Source: a virus. Taken from it: DNA of 64,000 bases. The notes beneath the pieces are model-generated. The model saw only the letters and a program-made list of their open reading frames with translations, did not search any database and was not told the origin of the DNA. The stretch spans positions 1 through 64,000 of the IMG/VR virus record IMGVR_UViG_3300033153_005812. One strand, written 5' to 3'. A program made the translations under genes and the position numbers. Every line of letters starts with the position of its first letter. Position 1 is the stretch's first letter. Of this stretch, positions 1-9,771 are shown in pieces.

Positions 1-2880
1 CAGTCTGGTGCTGATGCAACTCTCCGTGAATGGAATGACATAGTCGGCTCCTCTGCTGGACAGTCCGCTGCGTCTGCACATCTTACAAGACATGACACTC
101 AATTAGTTGGTTCCTCCGTAGGACAGAGCGGAGCTGATGCACATCTCACAAGATATGATACTCAGTTAGTAAGCGGAATCGAGGCGATATCTGGAGTTTC
201 TGCTGTTCTCGGTACTCTTGAGGAATGGAATGATCTTGTTGGTTCCTCCGCTGGACAGTCCGCTGCGTCTGCACATCTCACAAGATACGATACTCAGTTG
301 ATCGGTTCTTCCGCAGGGCAGAGTGGAGCCGATGCGGATCTCCACGAATGGAATGATATTGTAGGCTCTATTACCGCTCAGTCTGCTGCTGATGCTTATT
401 TAACTGTAAAACATTGGCGTATATTTTCGCAATATACTATTGTTCCTGGGGACGCTTACGCAAAATTAGATAATTCAAATAAAAAATATGCTCAAACTTT
501 CCCAGTCTACTTTAGACACAATGCTTATAAATTAGAATTACGCCTAAAGAGGACTGGAAATCCTGGCTCTCTTCATATTGAAATCAGAGAGAACAATCCA
601 AATACTCAGGAATATTATCCTACGGGAGATCTTATAGCTTCAACAGATTTCGATACGTCTGGTGTTGATACAGAAGCGGAGTGGGTAACAATCTATTTAG
701 AAAATCCAGGTTGGCTTGAAGAAACGCTCGGGATGTATAATCCAGGAGCGTCGGATGAAGAAAGGATACCGAGGACTTATGGTATTATATTATCTTGTTC
801 TGGAGCAAGCGATAGTCATTATATCGAATGGAGTTACGGGAGTACAGAGCCAACATTAGAGAACGGGCGGTATTGTTATTTCAACGGTGCTGAATGGAGT
901 AATAATCCTAATGTAGATTTCTTATTTATACAATACGGTTATCGAGCAGATTTAGGGTCTGCAATTTCACCCGAATCACTTCAAATGATAAACTCAGACT
1001 TGACTTGCTCTCTCACCTTGCAGAATTACAAACCTGTAGTTCCTTTTGGTAGGTTGAAGTACGAAGTTACGGTCCCAATAGAGGACACAACTTATAATAA
1101 TAACGCTCCTATCACTCTCTTCGAAGTCGAACATGTAGGAGCAACAGCGACGAGATATTTAGATGACTTTTATTATAGGATTCACATCTATGAAAATCCA
1201 ATAAATCTTGGACTTGTATTTGCAGATACCGAACAAGATCTCTGGGTCTGGAATGCGTTTTTCGATACAAAAACATTGGATGACATTACAATAAATGGAG
1301 TCTTAACTCTTGTAGGTCCGGAAGCTCCTTATAATTTTAGACCATTAGAGGCTCGAGAATATATAGCTGAAATAGCAAAAGAAGGTGAGTTAGATTACAG
1401 GGTTGAAATAACTTTCGATTTCGAAGAACCTTTGAATGATATAGTCGTTGTCATAACAGGAACAAGAGCTACAATTTTAAGTTGGAAGCCAGAAAATAAA
1501 ATTAAAGAAATATTAGAATGGCGTACTGAAATATTAAGGTCTTATAGCGGTGTTGAACAGAGAATCAGACTGAGACAAACACCGAGGCAGTCTTTTAGAT
1601 TACAATTTATTTTCGATACAAACAAACTGAATACTCAATTCGACGCTATGTTACATAGATGGCAAAAGAGATCTTGGATTATTCCAATTTGGACCGAAGT
1701 TGCGATTCACTCTGGGATCTTGGTAGAAGACACTATGATTATTAGTGTCGATACAAAATATGCAGATTTTAGAGATAATAGTAGTGTGATGATTTGGCAA
1801 TCTAATTCAAAGTTTGAAGTTGTTACTGTCGAATCTGTCGAGGAAGATAAGCTGAATCTGAAATTTGGAATCGTGAATAATTATACAGGAAATCAATATA
1901 TCGTACCTTTAAGAGTTGGTCACATGACTTCCAAAAATATAAAGCAAAAATTTAATTCTCCAGCTTCGATGATAGAGACTGCATTTATTGTCTCTGATAA
2001 TACTGATATTAGTGGCTACATCTCAGAAAGAACCTTAGAATTTATAGCAGCTAAATCTACTAATGATGGTGATGGTGATGTAAGCGATATTTTACCTGAA
2101 GAGGGTGAACCTACAGAGATTTGGAATCTGACATGTATAGTTGCAGGGGGGATCTATGTTAGTAAGTTTTCTGTCGTAGGTTCTATTAGTGGTGAGATGG
2201 AAGATGCAACTGTTGGCCACTTTTACAACAACGGGAAAATTGCATTCAAAATAAATGCTGGTGAAAACGATTTTGTAGTTGGAGATAATTTTCAGACTAT
2301 CGAAGTATTGTTTCAACCATCTTATATGGTTGAAACACATCAGGAAGAAAGCGATGGACTACTCGAAATTAACGATTTTGAGACAGGAGTTTTTAGTTTA
2401 CGGAGTACTAAAGAATATAATCTTGTTACTCAAAATCACATATTCTACAATGATACAAAAAAGGCTTGTTGGGAATTGAGGCAATTATTACATTGGTTGA
2501 ACGGGAGACAGAGATCTGTTCTTGTCCCTACTTATAGAGAAGATTTAATTCAGACAGACTCAATAGGAGCAGCAGAGAAATATCTCTTTGTAGAGAATAT
2601 CGCTTTAGCAGATAATTTAGGAGTTAATGAGTTAAGAACTTATGTAGGATTTTATTTCCCCGATAATACTTTGTTGATCAGGAAAATTACAACTATAGTC
2701 GCAGTGAGTGATACGAAAGAAAAAATTGAGATCAATAATTCATTGGGGAGAACAGTGAATGTCGGCGACTGTAAAATTTGTTTTGTGGATAAATGTAGAT
2801 TAGCTTCAGATCGTGTTGAAATAGAATGGCCGTTTGCTCATCAAAATGAATGTAGACCTAATTTAGTGAGAGTGGTGTAA
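1..2880 (+). CDS. Tail-tip/distal-tail structural protein, 5'-truncated; N-terminal ~20-22 aa repeats
   Basis: Frame +1 is open from base 1 (QSGADATLREWNDIVGSSAGQS...), so the 298 start in the track is not the real start. The C-terminal part (LEWRTEILRSYSGVEQRIRLRQTPR; CRLASDRVEIEW) resembles siphovirus tail-tip proteins found upstream of BR0599-type genes. Confidence 0.75.
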   Translation, partial: QSGADATLREWNDIVGSSAGQSAASAHLTRHDTQLVGSSVGQSGADAHLTRYDTQLVSGIEAISGVSAVLGTLEEWNDLVGSSAGQSAASAHLTRYDTQLIGSSAGQSGADADLHEWNDIVGSITAQSAADAYLTVKHWRIFSQYTIVPGDAYAKLDNSNKKYAQTFPVYFRHNAYKLELRLKRTGNPGSLHIEIRENNPNTQEYYPTGDLIASTDFDTSGVDTEAEWVTIYLENPGWLEETLGMYNPGASDEERIPRTYGIILSCSGASDSHYIEWSYGSTEPTLENGRYCYFNGAEWSNNPNVDFLFIQYGYRADLGSAISPESLQMINSDLTCSLTLQNYKPVVPFGRLKYEVTVPIEDTTYNNNAPITLFEVEHVGATATRYLDDFYYRIHIYENPINLGLVFADTEQDLWVWNAFFDTKTLDDITINGVLTLVGPEAPYNFRPLEAREYIAEIAKEGELDYRVEITFDFEEPLNDIVVVITGTRATILSWKPENKIKEILEWRTEILRSYSGVEQRIRLRQTPRQSFRLQFIFDTNKLNTQFDAMLHRWQKRSWIIPIWTEVAIHSGILVEDTMIISVDTKYADFRDNSSVMIWQSNSKFEVVTVESVEEDKLNLKFGIVNNYTGNQYIVPLRVGHMTSKNIKQKFNSPASMIETAFIVSDNTDISGYISERTLEFIAAKSTNDGDGDVSDILPEEGEPTEIWNLTCIVAGGIYVSKFSVVGSISGEMEDATVGHFYNNGKIAFKINAGENDFVVGDNFQTIEVLFQPSYMVETHQEESDGLLEINDFETGVFSLRSTKEYNLVTQNHIFYNDTKKACWELRQLLHWLNGRQRSVLVPTYREDLIQTDSIGAAEKYLFVENIALADNLGVNELRTYVGFYFPDNTLLIRKITTIVAVSDTKEKIEINNSLGRTVNVGDCKICFVDKCRLASDRVEIEWPFAHQNECRPNLVRVV

Positions 2881-3683
2881 TGGATTATTTTGAAAGAGAG
2901 CGGAGTTTGGTTTGGGGTGAACCGATAGAATTATATCGGTTTAGGCGAGGTTTTGAATATTGGACTTATAATAATACTGCCAGAGCTATTACGTATGAAA
3001 CGAGAATTTATGAGCCTGTCTTAATCAGTGGAGGTGATATTGAATTAACTACTAATTCTCTAAAAAATTTACTGAGAATAAAGGTTGATCGGGAGAATCC
3101 ATTCGCTATTAGCTTTATTTCGACTCCAGTTGAACATATCACAGAGTTAGTGATTTTTAGAGGGCAGGGTGGTGAGTCTTCTAATTTCGTGGAATATTGG
3201 AAAGGCTATGTTTATGCAGTAGAATTTTTGCCGAAGATTGTTGAAATCATAGCCAGTCCAAAGACTAATAGTTTGAAGCGATCTGGTTTGATGCGAAAGT
3301 ATCAGCGTTCTTGTGGTTATCAAATATATTCTCGAAGATGCACACTATTAAAAACAAACTATGAAAAATCTGGAACAATTATAAGTATAGAAGGTACGAA
3401 GATTGAAGCTACAATTTTCGGTACTGAAGCGAATAATTGGTTCACTGGTGGATTGTTTGAAGCTGATAATCGGAGTCAGATGGTGATTTGGCATGAAGGT
3501 AATTTTGTGAGAATTGCTCACAGAATTGTTTCTTTAGAAGTGGGGATGTCTTTCAAAGTGTATGCTGGTTGTGATCATTCCAGTTCTACTTGTAAAGACA
3601 AGTTCGGTAATAAAATCAATTATGGTGGACAAGAATTCATTCCTGATAAAAATCCTTTTGTTGGGGATTCGGTGGCTACATAG
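2880..3683 (+). CDS. Phage BR0599/DUF2163-type baseplate hub/tail-tip protein
   Basis: C-terminal GCDHSSSTCKDKFGNKINYGGQEFIP Cys motif; tail context. Confidence 0.85.
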   Translation: MDYFERERSLVWGEPIELYRFRRGFEYWTYNNTARAITYETRIYEPVLISGGDIELTTNSLKNLLRIKVDRENPFAISFISTPVEHITELVIFRGQGGESSNFVEYWKGYVYAVEFLPKIVEIIASPKTNSLKRSGLMRKYQRSCGYQIYSRRCTLLKTNYEKSGTIISIEGTKIEATIFGTEANNWFTGGLFEADNRSQMVIWHEGNFVRIAHRIVSLEVGMSFKVYAGCDHSSSTCKDKFGNKINYGGQEFIPDKNPFVGDSVAT

Positions 3684-3709
3684 ATAACTGAACTAAGGAG
3701 TAGATTTAG

Positions 3710-3940
3710 ATGTGGGCATTTCTGGTAAAATTAGCAGTGATGGTCGTATTAGCTTATGTCTTGCGACCGAAGCCGCCAACAGGATCAAGAGGAACTCAAA
3801 AACCTTCAGGATTAGAAGACTTCGATCTTCCAACAGCAGAAGAAGGACGATCCATACAGGTTCTTTTCGGGAAGAAACGCATGAAAGGACCGAACGTTGT
3901 CTGGTATGGTGATCTAAAGTCAGACGCAATTTGGAGATAA
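3710..3940 (+). CDS. Small tail assembly protein
   Basis: PTAEEGRSIQVLFG...GPNVVWYGDL motif typical of the gene preceding the central tail protein; AAGGAG RBS. Confidence 0.75.
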   Translation: MWAFLVKLAVMVVLAYVLRPKPPTGSRGTQKPSGLEDFDLPTAEEGRSIQVLFGKKRMKGPNVVWYGDLKSDAIWR

Positions 3941-3944
3941 GATC

Positions 3945-6371
3945 GTGGGTTTTTTTGGTGGCGGTAGTAAAAAGGCGAAGCCGCAGATTGTGGGTTATAA
4001 GTATAGTCTGGGGATACACTTTATTCTCGGTTATGCGAATGCCGATGGAATAAAGCAGATCTGGGTTGGTGAGAAATGCGTCTGGCCTGCTCCTAACGAG
4101 TCAGATGTAGAAGCTGCGGATGCAAGTGCAAATGAGGAGACAATAAACATAGATGCAGAAAATATCTTCGGCGGGGACGCTACTGGTAAAGAAGGAGGTG
4201 TTTCTGGCTCAGTTGATATTCAGTATGGAGCTTGTGATCAACAACGGAATAGCTATCTTGTAGCAAGACTTGGTGAGCATATATCTGCATATAGAGGTCT
4301 TCTTAGTGTGATTTTGAAACAAGTTTATGTCGGTATGAGTGCTTATATTAAACCATGGAGTTTTTTGATAAAACGCACGGATAAACTTGTTAGTGGAGAT
4401 GATCAATGGTACACGATAGACGATAAGCATATAATTCATCCTGGAGAGCTTAATGGTGATGATCTTAACGCAGTCCATATAATACGGGAATGTTTGATAG
4501 ATAAGGAATGGGGTTTAGGATTCAAAGAGGGAGATATCAATGATGCTAATTTCAAAACTTGTGCTGATACTTTGAAGGAAGAGGGTTTTGGCCTCTCTAT
4601 TATTTGGGATAATAGCTCTCCTGTGGAAGAGTTTATTGATGAAATTTTAGCGATCATCGCTGGTTCTCTCTATCAAAATTTATCGACAGGAAAATGGGAG
4701 ATAGCATTAACACGTGAAGATTATGTAGTCGAGGATTTAGAGTGTTTTGATGAAGATCAAATTATTGAAGTTGAAAACTTTAGTAGATCAGGATACGGAG
4801 AGGTTACAGATCAAGTGACTATAAATTGGCATGATAAGATCTGGAATAAAAATAGGTCTATAACTATTTCTGATCCTGCTATGATAACAAAACAGGGAGG
4901 TAGGATAATAGAGAAGACTTATAATTATTTTGCTATTTGTAATAAAGATCTTGCGAATAGAGTAGCGAGTCGAGAGTTACAATTAGCTACATCTATGTTA
5001 GCTAACATACGAATAAAAGCTAATCGTCAGATGTCACACCTAAAACCAAACGATGTATTTAAGTTTTCGTGGGAGAATTTAGGTATTACGAACATGGTGG
5101 TAAGGGTGTTAGAAGTTAATTACGGCAACTTAACTAAAAATGAAATTGAGTTGAATTGTTGTGAAGATGTTTTTGGTACAGTTTATACCAGTTACGAAGC
5201 TCCCCCTGATACACAATGGGAAGATCCTGTTCATGATCCAGTAGATACAACTCACAGATTCTTAATGGAGATCCCTTATTGGTATCGGTGTAATTACGGA
5301 GTCGGACAAGACCTTGTAGATGTTTTAGATGACGATAATGCTTCGATGTTCGCGATGGCGGCGAAGCCCGACGCAACACCGGATTCTCACGAGTTTGATT
5401 TATTGGTGAAATTCGATGCAGTATCTGATTTTGACGATGAGGGTTACGGTGGCTACACTTCTACTGCGACTTTGAAAAATGATTTAGAACTTATAGGTTC
5501 TGAAGATGATTGGGTAGATTTAGAAAACGTCCAGGGTCTTGATCTAATTTCTGAGAATACCTGTGCAGTTATAGAAAATTCTGGAGACGATGAAGAAAGC
5601 GAGATTGTACGTTTGTTGGTAGTAGATGACACAGTAGGAGCAGAAAGAATTAAAATCGCAAGAGGGATTTTAGATACAAAACCTTCTGCTCATTCTATCG
5701 GTGATAGGATTTGGTTTATAAGTCTTGTAGATTACACTATTCCCATGGTTAGTAAAGACTTCACTAAATTTGAAAGTCCCCGAGTGAAATTTCTAACAAA
5801 AACCGGACGAGGGATATTAGCAGAAGAAGATGCAACTGAAGAAAACACTCTTCCCACTTATCTTGCTTTTAATAGTAGAATGATTCGCCCTTATTTACCG
5901 GGGAATCTTAAAATAAATACCGAAAGATTCCCGGAATATTTATATGGACAACCAACTTTAACTTGGAATCATCGAGATCGTACTAATTCAGATCAAATAA
6001 GGACTTTAGTGAAACATACTTATAGTGGGGATTACGGTCCAGAAACTGATGTAACTTACACCATACAATTCTTGACCGAAGCCGGAGTTGTGAAAAGGAC
6101 AATAACTGGTCTATCAGGAAAAACATATACATATCCTGCAGGTGAAGAAGTAACAGATTTCGGAAAGATACAGCATAAACTAAGAATTAAACTTTGGGCT
6201 GTCCGTGCTGGTTACGATTCTTGGCAGGTATATGATATCATACTCGAGAGGCCACTTCGCGGATCCTCTGCTGGACAATCTATTGTATCCGGAACACTCT
6301 CTGAATGGAATAACCTTGTAGGGAGTTTGACAGGACAGTCCGTAGTATCTGGGACACTCGTAGTGATATGA
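3945..6371 (+). CDS. Central tail/tip attachment protein
   Basis: VGYKYSLGIHF, DLNAVHIIRECL..KEWGLG, RGILDT motifs; ends in two copies of the ~20-aa repeat (SEWNNLVGSLTGQS). Confidence 0.8.
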   Translation: MGFFGGGSKKAKPQIVGYKYSLGIHFILGYANADGIKQIWVGEKCVWPAPNESDVEAADASANEETINIDAENIFGGDATGKEGGVSGSVDIQYGACDQQRNSYLVARLGEHISAYRGLLSVILKQVYVGMSAYIKPWSFLIKRTDKLVSGDDQWYTIDDKHIIHPGELNGDDLNAVHIIRECLIDKEWGLGFKEGDINDANFKTCADTLKEEGFGLSIIWDNSSPVEEFIDEILAIIAGSLYQNLSTGKWEIALTREDYVVEDLECFDEDQIIEVENFSRSGYGEVTDQVTINWHDKIWNKNRSITISDPAMITKQGGRIIEKTYNYFAICNKDLANRVASRELQLATSMLANIRIKANRQMSHLKPNDVFKFSWENLGITNMVVRVLEVNYGNLTKNEIELNCCEDVFGTVYTSYEAPPDTQWEDPVHDPVDTTHRFLMEIPYWYRCNYGVGQDLVDVLDDDNASMFAMAAKPDATPDSHEFDLLVKFDAVSDFDDEGYGGYTSTATLKNDLELIGSEDDWVDLENVQGLDLISENTCAVIENSGDDEESEIVRLLVVDDTVGAERIKIARGILDTKPSAHSIGDRIWFISLVDYTIPMVSKDFTKFESPRVKFLTKTGRGILAEEDATEENTLPTYLAFNSRMIRPYLPGNLKINTERFPEYLYGQPTLTWNHRDRTNSDQIRTLVKHTYSGDYGPETDVTYTIQFLTEAGVVKRTITGLSGKTYTYPAGEEVTDFGKIQHKLRIKLWAVRAGYDSWQVYDIILERPLRGSSAGQSIVSGTLSEWNNLVGSLTGQSVVSGTLVVI

Positions 6372-6375
6372 TGAA

Positions 6376-6404
6376 AAAAGCTGGAGCGAGGTACTCCAGC
6401 TTTT
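6376..6404. terminator. Bidirectional intrinsic terminator
   Basis: AAAAGCTGGAG-7nt-CTCCAGCTTTT perfect stem between convergent genes. Confidence 0.85.
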
Positions 6405-6424
6405 CGAGGAAAATTATCGAAGTG

Positions 6425-6517
6425 CTATAGAAGCGATAAGAATGCGAAGAACGCTATGATTGCGACTTCATATTCAATACCGGCTTTATTGCAGAACCAT
6501 TTGATTATCATTTTCAT
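6425..6517 (-). CDS. 30-aa peptide with hydrophobic C-terminus (MKMIIKWFCNKAGIEYEVAIIAFFAFLSLL)
   Basis: AAGGAGAATGAAAATG RBS/start identical to early genes at 35226 and 35862; own promoter upstream and terminator downstream; below the ORF-track cutoff. Confidence 0.65.
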   Translation of the reverse strand: MKMIIKWFCNKAGIEYEVAIIAFFAFLSLL

Positions 6518-6540
6518 TCTCCTTGTTATTAACTTTCATT

Positions 6541-6582
6541 TAACTATATAAAGCATAGCATATATTAAACGAAATGCAAATT
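6541..6582 (-). promoter_or_regulatory. Sigma70-like promoter (TTGCAT-16-TATGCT, extended -10 TG)
   Basis: Reverse complement reads TTTGCATTTCGTTTAATATATGCTATGCTTTATATAGTTA, same architecture as the three + strand promoters. Confidence 0.6.
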
Positions 6583-6650
6583 TTTGAAACAAATTTTATA
6601 GATTGTCTCAAAAATTAAGATGAAGGAAGAAATGCAGGGATAGGTGTAAA

Positions 6651-6720
6651 ATAGTCTAATATCGGCTTCCCCAGCGATCGCTCAGAGCCTCTGCGGGAGT
6701 GAGCTGACACTATAGGGCCC
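6651..6720 (+). repeat. Dispersed structured repeat, copy A
   Basis: 6659-6703 is the exact reverse complement of 13899-13943; contains the AGCGATCGCT palindrome. Confidence 0.95.
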
Positions 6721-6820
6721 GGTATCTCAGGTCAGAGCAACCAGGAGTCTGTAGGGAATGGCTCTCATAAGTGCTTATAAACACTGGACTTATAACGATA
6801 GAAAAAATGATTATTTTTTC

Positions 6821-6861
6821 ATTTGCGTTATTCTAAAAATATGCTATACTTAACATAGTTA
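6821..6861 (+). promoter_or_regulatory. Sigma70-like promoter (TTGCGT-16-TATACT)
   Basis: ATTTGCGTTATTCTAAAAATATGCTATACTTAACATAGTTA, conserved with 20915 and 35023. Confidence 0.75.
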
Positions 6862-6890
6862 ATGATTTAAGAAGAGTAACAAAAACAGAA

Positions 6891-8996
6891 ATGAGAAAAA
6901 TGGAACATAAAATCCCCGCTTTTCCAATTCTTGAACCTCTATCTCGGGCAACAGCAACGACGCTCAAAGAAGTTCCGCTCCAAGATACAGATTTTCTCGA
7001 GATTGATGTAGATAAAGAAGGGGATCATTTCATCGTAGAAGCTGTTTGTCTCAAAAAATGCCCTGCAAATAGTCTTCCAAGTGATGAAGTTGTTTACGTC
7101 ACGACACCGAACGGAGCCTATTATAAGGACGATGCTTATTATCATTATCCTTCTTACGATGCGACTGCTCTTTGGGTCCGTCGGGTTCCAGAACGTGAGC
7201 AGAAAGGTTATGGGAAGTGGCGATTAGCAGGAACTGATTTTACTGTTCTGATAATTCATCACGTCTGGCCTCACCATAATTTGATTTTCAAGTCTGAAGA
7301 GGCTGTTCTTCTTTATACATTTTTGCTGAAGAGATTCCTCACTCAAAGTAAGAATACAATTCTTGCCGCAGAATGGAGCTTACACAAAAAGTCTCCTGAG
7401 ATGCCAGATGATTTTATCGAGCATCCGACACTTCCGCTTACAGGCTATCAAAAAACTGCTTTGCTTTCGAGTTTGAATCAAAGTGCGTATGCTCTGTTTA
7501 TGGAACAAAGAACCGGAAAGACTCCTATTGTCGTTAATAGAGTCTGTTTGGAAGGAGCAAGGAAGAGAGCTGGTAAACTAATAGGTGCTGAGAAAGGGAT
7601 GTACCGAGCTTTAATTATAGTCCCCCAACAAACAAGAATAAACTGGGAACGGGAGTTTGAAAGATTCGCTACTGTTCCAGGTAAAACTTCCATTCTTCGC
7701 GGAAATAACATCACTAAAGTAAGAACACTGATAGACGCTATTCGTTCTGAAGATGATTGTGCATGGTCTGCATGTATTTTATCTCTTGATTCTGTGAGTT
7801 CTATCTGGGATGCATTGAAGCAAATGAAATGGGATCTTGTAGTGATAGATGAATCCCATAAAATTAAGAATCCCAGAACTCGTCGTTATAAAAGTGTCAG
7901 TGAAATCAACGATGTTCGAGCAAAAGCTAAAATGATTCTCACTGGAACTCCAGTTACAAACGTGATCTTTGATCTATGGAGTCAATTTGAATGGCTGGGA
8001 AAAGGTTTATCTGGGTTCTCCACTTTTGAGAATTTTAGGTCTTTTCATGGTAAATGGAAAACCTCTAAAGATGGTTCTGGTGTTCGGATATTAGCAGGAT
8101 TCAAAAACGTTCCACTTATCCAAGAGAGGCTTGCAAGATTAGCTTTCACTATTTTAAGAAAAGATACTGGTTTGAATCTACCTACGAAGGTCTATGATTT
8201 ATACGAAGTCGATATGAAGCCTGAACAGGCAAAGATGTATAAACAGATGGCGACGAAATTAGTTATCGAAATCGATGACATGATGGCTGTTGCAGAAGCG
8301 GAAGGAAAGCGAGTTACTGTAGATCATATTCTTACAAAACTAATTCGTCTCGCTCAGATTTGTTCTGGGTTTATAAAAATAGACGATGCAATTGATTTTG
8401 AATTAGAGACAACAACGACAGGCGCGATAATTCAAATTAGCGATCGTAATCCTAAGATAGAAGCTCTTATAAAGATACTCCGAGAAGATTGGGAAAATGA
8501 TCCTAACAGCAAGATTATAGTCTGGGCAACATTCATTGAAGACATTCGTGCTATTAGTCAGAGGCTTGCAGAAGAAGGAATCAACCATACCGGATATCAT
8601 AAAGCAGTTCATCCTGATTATAGAGCTAAAGACGCTCAGACTTCTGAGGATATTATCAACCGTGACAGAGATTGTAAAGTCCTCGTAGCTAATCCGGCTT
8701 CGGCTGGACTTGGTCAAGGATTTTACGGTTATGATGTCGAGGATATAGAAAACTACGACACTCGTGTTGATCACGAAATCTATTTTAGTAGCAACTGGTC
8801 GATGGTTGATAGAAGTCAATCTGAAGATCGCCCTATACATAAAGCAGGAAAGCCTCATTTACGAATTACCGATCTTCTTATTCCTATGACAATAGATCAA
8901 GAAATACGAATGAGAGTAAATGATAAAAGAATAGCGGCAATGACAATTCAAGACGTTCGTCAAATTCTTGATAGTGTTGTTCGGGGGTATCAGTAA
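6891..8996 (+). CDS. SNF2-family (SF2) helicase/ATPase
   Basis: Walker A MEQRTGKT, DESH box, LTGTP, QSEDR motif VI. Confidence 0.9.
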   Translation: MRKMEHKIPAFPILEPLSRATATTLKEVPLQDTDFLEIDVDKEGDHFIVEAVCLKKCPANSLPSDEVVYVTTPNGAYYKDDAYYHYPSYDATALWVRRVPEREQKGYGKWRLAGTDFTVLIIHHVWPHHNLIFKSEEAVLLYTFLLKRFLTQSKNTILAAEWSLHKKSPEMPDDFIEHPTLPLTGYQKTALLSSLNQSAYALFMEQRTGKTPIVVNRVCLEGARKRAGKLIGAEKGMYRALIIVPQQTRINWEREFERFATVPGKTSILRGNNITKVRTLIDAIRSEDDCAWSACILSLDSVSSIWDALKQMKWDLVVIDESHKIKNPRTRRYKSVSEINDVRAKAKMILTGTPVTNVIFDLWSQFEWLGKGLSGFSTFENFRSFHGKWKTSKDGSGVRILAGFKNVPLIQERLARLAFTILRKDTGLNLPTKVYDLYEVDMKPEQAKMYKQMATKLVIEIDDMMAVAEAEGKRVTVDHILTKLIRLAQICSGFIKIDDAIDFELETTTTGAIIQISDRNPKIEALIKILREDWENDPNSKIIVWATFIEDIRAISQRLAEEGINHTGYHKAVHPDYRAKDAQTSEDIINRDRDCKVLVANPASAGLGQGFYGYDVEDIENYDTRVDHEIYFSSNWSMVDRSQSEDRPIHKAGKPHLRITDLLIPMTIDQEIRMRVNDKRIAAMTIQDVRQILDSVVRGYQ

Positions 8997-9265
8997 TGGA
9001 ACATGAAAATAGTTTAGCTGATTGGACTGAAGCGATCGAAGAAAGTACACGACAAGATAACGAAGACAGAAGTCAATGGCAAGAGCAGATGGGTAGGCCG
9101 AACCAGATAATTGAGATAGATGAGTACAAGTATGGCTTCTGGTATTGTATAGAAGGTGTCATTGTCTATAAAATTGATAAGCGAGGACCGAATCCTGCGA
9201 CACGGCAATTTTACAGTGTAGAATTCATTGAAAAATTAGTGAAGACTCTGGAGATAAAGAAATGA
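8996..9265 (+). CDS. Hypothetical protein
   Basis: ORF translationally coupled to neighbours. Confidence 0.6.
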   Translation: MEHENSLADWTEAIEESTRQDNEDRSQWQEQMGRPNQIIEIDEYKYGFWYCIEGVIVYKIDKRGPNPATRQFYSVEFIEKLVKTLEIKK

Positions 9266-9771
9266 AAAAGAGACCTAAAAAATACACAGAAGAGGAGCAG
9301 TTGCAAAGGCGAAAAGAAGATAGGGCTGCAATAATGAGGGCAGATTTTGCAACCTCAGAAAAGAAAGAAATGGATGTACAGAATATGGATTTCGCAGAAG
9401 CAGAGAGCAGAGTGCTCGCAAGTCAAAATCCTACAGAAGGTGACTTGCAATTGATACAGAGTCCGAAGCATCCTGGTGATATCTTTGTAAAAGTGAGAGG
9501 AACAAAGAACACTTTTATTTGCAAGTTTTACGGCGGGAACAGTGGAGTTTCAGTGGCTCAAGCTATTATCAATGTTCATCATTTCTTAGAGTGTTGGAAT
9601 AGTTATGATAAGTTGTCAACTGAGAATGAACAGTTGAAAGAATGTCTTCATGAAATCGAAGCTGTATCTTGCGGTAAAGAACAAGTTGCAGAAGATGATT
9701 CTGAAGGAATGGGTTGGGTCTATAAGAGGATCCAAGCTCTACATAAAGAAATCGAACGGAGAAAGAAATGA
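9262..9771 (+). CDS. Hypothetical protein
   Basis: ATGA overlap, GGAG RBS. Confidence 0.65.
   Translation: MKKRPKKYTEEEQLQRRKEDRAAIMRADFATSEKKEMDVQNMDFAEAESRVLASQNPTEGDLQLIQSPKHPGDIFVKVRGTKNTFICKFYGGNSGVSVAQAIINVHHFLECWNSYDKLSTENEQLKECLHEIEAVSCGKEQVAEDDSEGMGWVYKRIQALHKEIERRKK

Noticed and set aside
6704-6718. SP6/T7-like promoter (TGACACTATAGGG)
   Set aside because: No single-subunit RNA polymerase in the window, and the other repeat copies keep only TATAG.
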